Positions 59,594 to 64,000 of a stretch of 64,000 bases of DNA are shown in pieces. Location of the stretch: positions 39,380,503 through 39,444,502 of the forward strand of contig NC_068996.1 of the NCBI RefSeq assembly GCF_001194135.2, in the 5' to 3' direction. The position numbers were made by a program, and so were the translations under genes. The notes beneath the pieces were generated by a model. That model saw nothing but the letters and a program-made list of their open reading frames with translations. It did no database searches and was not told the DNA's origin. Within the stretch, counting starts at the first letter, position 1, and each line of letters opens with the position of its first letter. This DNA comes from Octopus bimaculoides (lineage: Eukaryota).

Positions 59594-60512
59594 ATAAAGA
59601 AGCATTGGTTATAGAACAAACATTAAACTTAGGTCAAGGACTTCACATATAACACCACCCCTCAAACATTTGATCATATATAAAAATCACCATGGTCTAC
59701 AAACACATAAAAAATGATTCATATACATAAAATCACTGAAGGGAAAAAATATAAATATTCTAATAAAATACAAATAGAACGGCTTAACAAAAGTTAAATA
59801 TAATGACTAAAAATTCAAAACTACCAAAAAGCCTAATGGACTAATATAAAATAAATAAAGATAAAAATAAAAAATAATAAAGTATAAGCTCTTCATAAAA
59901 GTTTTGATCTGTGCATGTTTCATGTTTATCCTGATGAGGGGGTCATCACTGTGATGCAGTTTAATGTAAACGAACTGCGGTGGTGAGCTCTCGAAAAAGC
60001 CATAGATATATGTGAATGTTGAATTTGATCGTACTTTGAACGTACTTATGTGAGGAGAGTAAAAGACTTTTTTCAAGATGTGGAAGTCTGCTTACATATT
60101 AACTTTGGATGTACCTGTTTGAGGGAAGTAAAAGACTTTTTCAAATATTAAAAAAGAAAGATTTTTAAAATATATTTTTAAAAATATTTCAATTGTATGA
60201 TAAAATCTTTTTAGTCTGTGGACACTAATTTTATTTTATTTTTATCTTTATTTATTTTATATTCGTCCAGTAGGCTTTCATAGTTTTGAATTATTAGTTG
60301 TTATATTTAACTTTTGATAAGCCGCTCTATTTGTATTTTGTTAGAATATATATATTTTTACATTCTGCGATTTTATGTATAAGTATTATTTTTTAAATGT
60401 GTTTGTAGACCATGATGTTTTTTTATATATGATTAAATGTTTGAGGGGTGATATTATATGTGAAGTAGTTGACCCAAATTTAATGTTTGTTCTATAACCA
60501 ATGCTTCTTTAT
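59594..60512. repeat. About 285-bp inverted repeat pair (59594-59878 and 60229-60512), probable PLE pseudo-LTR structure
   Basis: Arms align at roughly 85% by eye. The left arm begins KEALVIEQTLNLGQGLHI*, similar to the C-terminus of PLE GIY-YIG domains. Confidence 0.7.
59919..60016 (+). ncRNA. Type I hammerhead-ribozyme-like motif with long stem II
   Basis: Stem I UUCAUGUUUAUC/GAUAUAUGUGAA pairs at 11/12 (2 G-U); CUGAUGA; 12-bp stem II with 1 bulge plus an inner GCAGUU/AACUGC hairpin; GAAA; 1-bp stem III; AUA triplet with predicted cleavage after 60004. Confidence 0.6.
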
Positions 60513-60535
60513 GTATATGNNNNNNNNNNNNNNNN

Positions 60536-60580
<45 letters not shown>

Positions 60581-61018
60581 ACGTACATACAGATAGATAG
60601 ATGTGTGTATATATATATGTATGTATGTATTTATGTGTCTGTATTTGTCCCCCGCCCCAACCATCGCTTGACAACCGATGATTGTTGTGTTTACGTCCCC
60701 GTAACATAGCGGTTCGGCGAAAGAGACCTATAGAATAAGTACTAGGCTTACAAAGAATAAGTCCTGGGGTCGATTTGTTCGACAAAAGGGGGTGCTCCAG
60801 CATGGCTGCAGTTAAATGACTGAAACAAGTATAAGAATAAAAGAATATAAGTGACCACATCATTCAATGTATTTTTTCCTATGTTATGGCATTAGGACTG
60901 TGATTTATGGTGGAGCAGGGTGAGGCAGAGCAAGGCAGGGAATTTGGCTACTTCTTCTAGCATATTGAGTAGTATAAGAGGCTCCTGTCTTAGCTCAGTA
61001 ATATTTTTTTTTTGCTAG

Positions 61019-61564
61019 CCCTTTAGCACTTAATTTACTTAATGCTTATTTATCGACTTAATGTTTTAAATTGTTCATGCATTATCTCATAGCTTTGAGA
61101 TTTCAATAATATAATTGTTTATTCTTAGATTGACATTGTAGGATAAGTGTGAGAGGCCACACATAAAACAGGTGAAATATTTTGACTGGATATAGCTAGC
61201 TTAACCCTTTAGCATTCAGATTACTCAAAACTTTGAGATTTCAATAATGTAATTGTTTATTTTCAGAATGACATTGTAGAGTAGGTGTGAGAGGCTGGAT
61301 CTGGCGTTTTTGAACATAAAACAGAATATTTGGGGTTGGGCATGGTTAGATTAACCCTTTAACATGCCAAATGTAACGCTTATTTATTCACATTGTTTTG
61401 AATTAATCATGCATTATCTCATAGCTTTTAAGATTTCAATAATGTAATTGTTTATTTTCAGAACGACATTGTAGGGTAGGTGTGAGACCAGATCTGGATA
61501 GTTTGAACATAAAACAGGTAGAATATTTGATCCAGATATAGCTAGTTTAAATGCTAAAGGGTTA
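61019..61564. mobile_element. Three head-to-tail TTAA MITE units
   Basis: CCCTTTA starts at 61019, 61205 and 61355; only the last unit has the terminal ATGCTAAAGGGTTAA. Confidence 0.8.
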
Positions 61565-62100
61565 AAGAAGAAAGACTATATGACAAGTTAGTTACATTTT
61601 AATATACTATCTCACCATATTGTTTTACTTCAATTGATGTTTATAGTTTCATGTTGCAGAACATAAAACAGCCTGCTTCAGCAATGTTTCTGATATGGAG
61701 ATGTTTAATCAGATTCTAGCTGTGTAAATAATATATTTGATGCAACAAACAATGAAATGCTGTTTGCAGCTGTTTATTTTTAAGACGAATAAAAGGGAAT
61801 AAAACAAAAAAGGGGAAAAACATTTCAAATACGAGTGAAAGAGGACTTGACTTTCACTGCCAGTGAAATGTCTGTTGGTGGTGAATATTCCATGTTTTAT
61901 AAAAATTACTAATGCCTGATTAATTGTAAGATCACAGAAGAGATACTAAATTAAATGCTTGCAGGATCAGTAAGATATGTGAAATTGCAATTAATTAAGC
62001 AGAACTGGATATAATCATGTGCAAAAAAAAAAAAGAAGAAAAAACAGACAAAAACAAATTAAAAAACAAAGAAACAAGTAATTAAAATTATAGTCATTTG

Positions 62101-62142
<42 letters not shown>

Positions 62143-62191
62143 TGTATTGTTTAAATAATTTACATTTAAGTGTTTAGATATTTCAAGAGAC

Positions 62192-62520
62192 ATCATCATC
62201 ATTGTTTAACATCTGCCTTCCATGCTGGTGTGGGTTTGATGCTTTGACAGGAGCTGGCCAGGCAGAAATTTGCAGCAGACTTCTGTGTCTGCTTTGGCAT
62301 AGTTTTTACAGTTGGGTGGCCTTTTTAACACCAACCACCCTGCAAAGTGAACTCAGTGTTTTTTATGTGGCACCAGCACAGGTGAGGTCAGTTTTGGTAG
62401 GGTTTTTACAGCTGGGTGCCATTTCTAGCACCATCCATCCTGCAAAGTGGACTGAGTGCTTTTTATGTAGCACCAGCACCAGCAGGGTCACCAAAGTAAC
62501 TTGCAAGACAAGGAATCATT
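62192..62520 (-). mobile_element. RTE 3' UTR fragment
   Basis: (CAT)n tail followed by TTTAACATCTGCCTTCCATGCTGG. Confidence 0.65.
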
Positions 62521-62616
62521 GAGAGGGAGGAGGCTGTGAAATGTTAGAGTGTGACACAGAGACAGAGAAGCAGAAACAGGTATATTGCTATGGAGAAGGT
62601 ACATGGTTAACTGGCC

Positions 62617-62707
<91 letters not shown>

Positions 62708-62809
62708 AGAGAGTTATTGTTGTTGTCACTATTCTGTTATCATACAGCATTTGTTACTGGTGGTGTTATACAGGTGCCACCTCTCCACAGTCAGTGGGCT
62801 GAGGTGGCA

Positions 62810-63010
62810 CCTTCAATTGCCAAGCATTTCTCTAAGTATTCTGATAACAATAATAAGTGCTTTCTACTTGGAGAGCATCTATTCAAGGTTGACTTTGCCT
62901 TTCATCCTTTCTGGGCGATAAAATAAATATCAGTTGAATATTGGGATCAAAGTAATCAACTTACCCCACTCCTCCGAAATTGCTGGCCTTGTGCCAAAAT
63001 TTGAAACCAT
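62810..63010 (+). mobile_element. SINE family A, diverged
   Basis: GTTGACTTTGCCTTTCATCCTTT core and GCTGGCCTTGTGCCAAAATTTGAAACC 3' end. Confidence 0.65.
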
Positions 63011-63055
63011 TATTATTATTATTAATATTATTATTATTAATATTATTATTATTAT

Positions 63056-63573
63056 TGAGTGAGAGAGCAGTGCATGCCATGAAAGTGACACTGGGGTACA
63101 AATATACGACTACTCGTCAGATAAGAGTACACCAGGCACATGCATCACAATAGATGCGCGACATGGTGATCTCATATCAAGATAAACAGCACATAACTGA
63201 TGGGGCTCAGAATTTTCTTCAGGTCGAGTAGCCCATCCTGCTCAAAAGGTCCCTGAATAAGGTTTGTTTAAGGATGTTGAACAAAGCACCCATGTTTCCA
63301 GAGGTGAATTATTCAAACCCCAAAGAATTCCTCTGAACACATGGCTATGATTCTCCCCCACTACTTCTGCTCGTGATCAGAGATGCACATATCGTCAGCC
63401 ATCAAGGGACATGCTTAACTGGTTAAGGTCAAACAACTGACAAGCAAATCTGTGGTATTGAGCAGAATATTTGATGTAGCCCATCTTTTATACCAAGACA
63501 AAACAATGTACATAACACTACCAATCAGTTAAGATCAAAAGCCATGAGAGCTACTGCTTGGTACTGCATCAGG
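63056..63573 (-). mobile_element. Interspersed repeat family F (about 520 bp, SINE-like)
   Basis: A second partial copy lies at 23590-23765; flanked by (ATT)n tracts. Confidence 0.6.
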
Positions 63574-63625
63574 GCAATTATTATTATTATCATTATTATT
63601 ATTATTATTATTATTACTACTTTTA

Positions 63626-63657
<32 letters not shown>

Positions 63658-63741
63658 TTTATTATCATCATCATCATCATCATCATTATTATTATTATTA
63701 CTGCTATCGTTATTACTTATTGTTTGCTTCTTAATCTTTTG

Positions 63742-63838
63742 GGGCAATAAAATGAGTACCAGTTGAACACCAGGGCTGATGTAACCAACTGAATCCTTCT
63801 TTTAAGATTGCTGGCCTTGCGCCAAAATTTGAAACTGC
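63742..63838 (-). mobile_element. SINE family A 3' fragment
   Basis: Reverse complement of the family A 3' end. Confidence 0.55.
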
Positions 63839-64000
63839 TGTTGTTATCATTATTATTATCATCATCATTATTATTATCACTGTTGTTATTATTATTATTG
63901 GTGTTGTTGTTGTTCTTATTATACTCTTTGCCATTAATTTTCCTTTGGTTTCACGATAAGATCAACTGATTGTCTTGATTCTATTGAGACAATCAATAGA

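Larger units (their letters stand above)
58962..60845 (+). mobile_element. SINE family B split at its internal microsatellite by nested insertions
   Basis: 5' half at 58962-59130 and 3' half at about 60610-60845. Between them are SINE A (59177-59395) and the inverted-repeat/hammerhead unit. A small gap at 60520-60535 makes continuity unproven. Confidence 0.6.

Noticed and set aside
63967-63995. 13-bp hairpin near the window end
   Set aside because: Short, includes G-U pairs, and its context is truncated by the window edge.

Overview
AT-rich eukaryotic draft-assembly sequence with many N gaps, almost all next to (TA)n or (TG)n tracts. The repeat content is most consistent with an octopus genome (Octopus bimaculoides-like); this assignment is from recall of repeat families, not a search. 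No host protein-coding gene could be identified, only a few low-confidence micro-exon candidates. Nearly all long ORFs in the track are microsatellite or N-run artefacts. The window is a dense, nested transposon landscape: two decayed mariner elements, mariner-, piggyBac(TTAA)- and hAT-type MITEs, many RTE LINE fragments, a Penelope-like element (PLE) relic, at least six tRNA-type SINE families, palindromic elements and minisatellites. The most interesting signal is four hammerhead-ribozyme-like motifs (CUGANGA / stem II / GAAA / UH with a pairing stem I) in three unrelated repeat contexts. Two lie in a tRNA-headed SINE with PLE-style inverted termini (12760-13121), one in a short insert within a hAT MITE (49519-49554), and one type I motif between ~285-bp inverted repeats (59919-60016). 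All folds and alignments were done by eye and need computational and biochemical confirmation.
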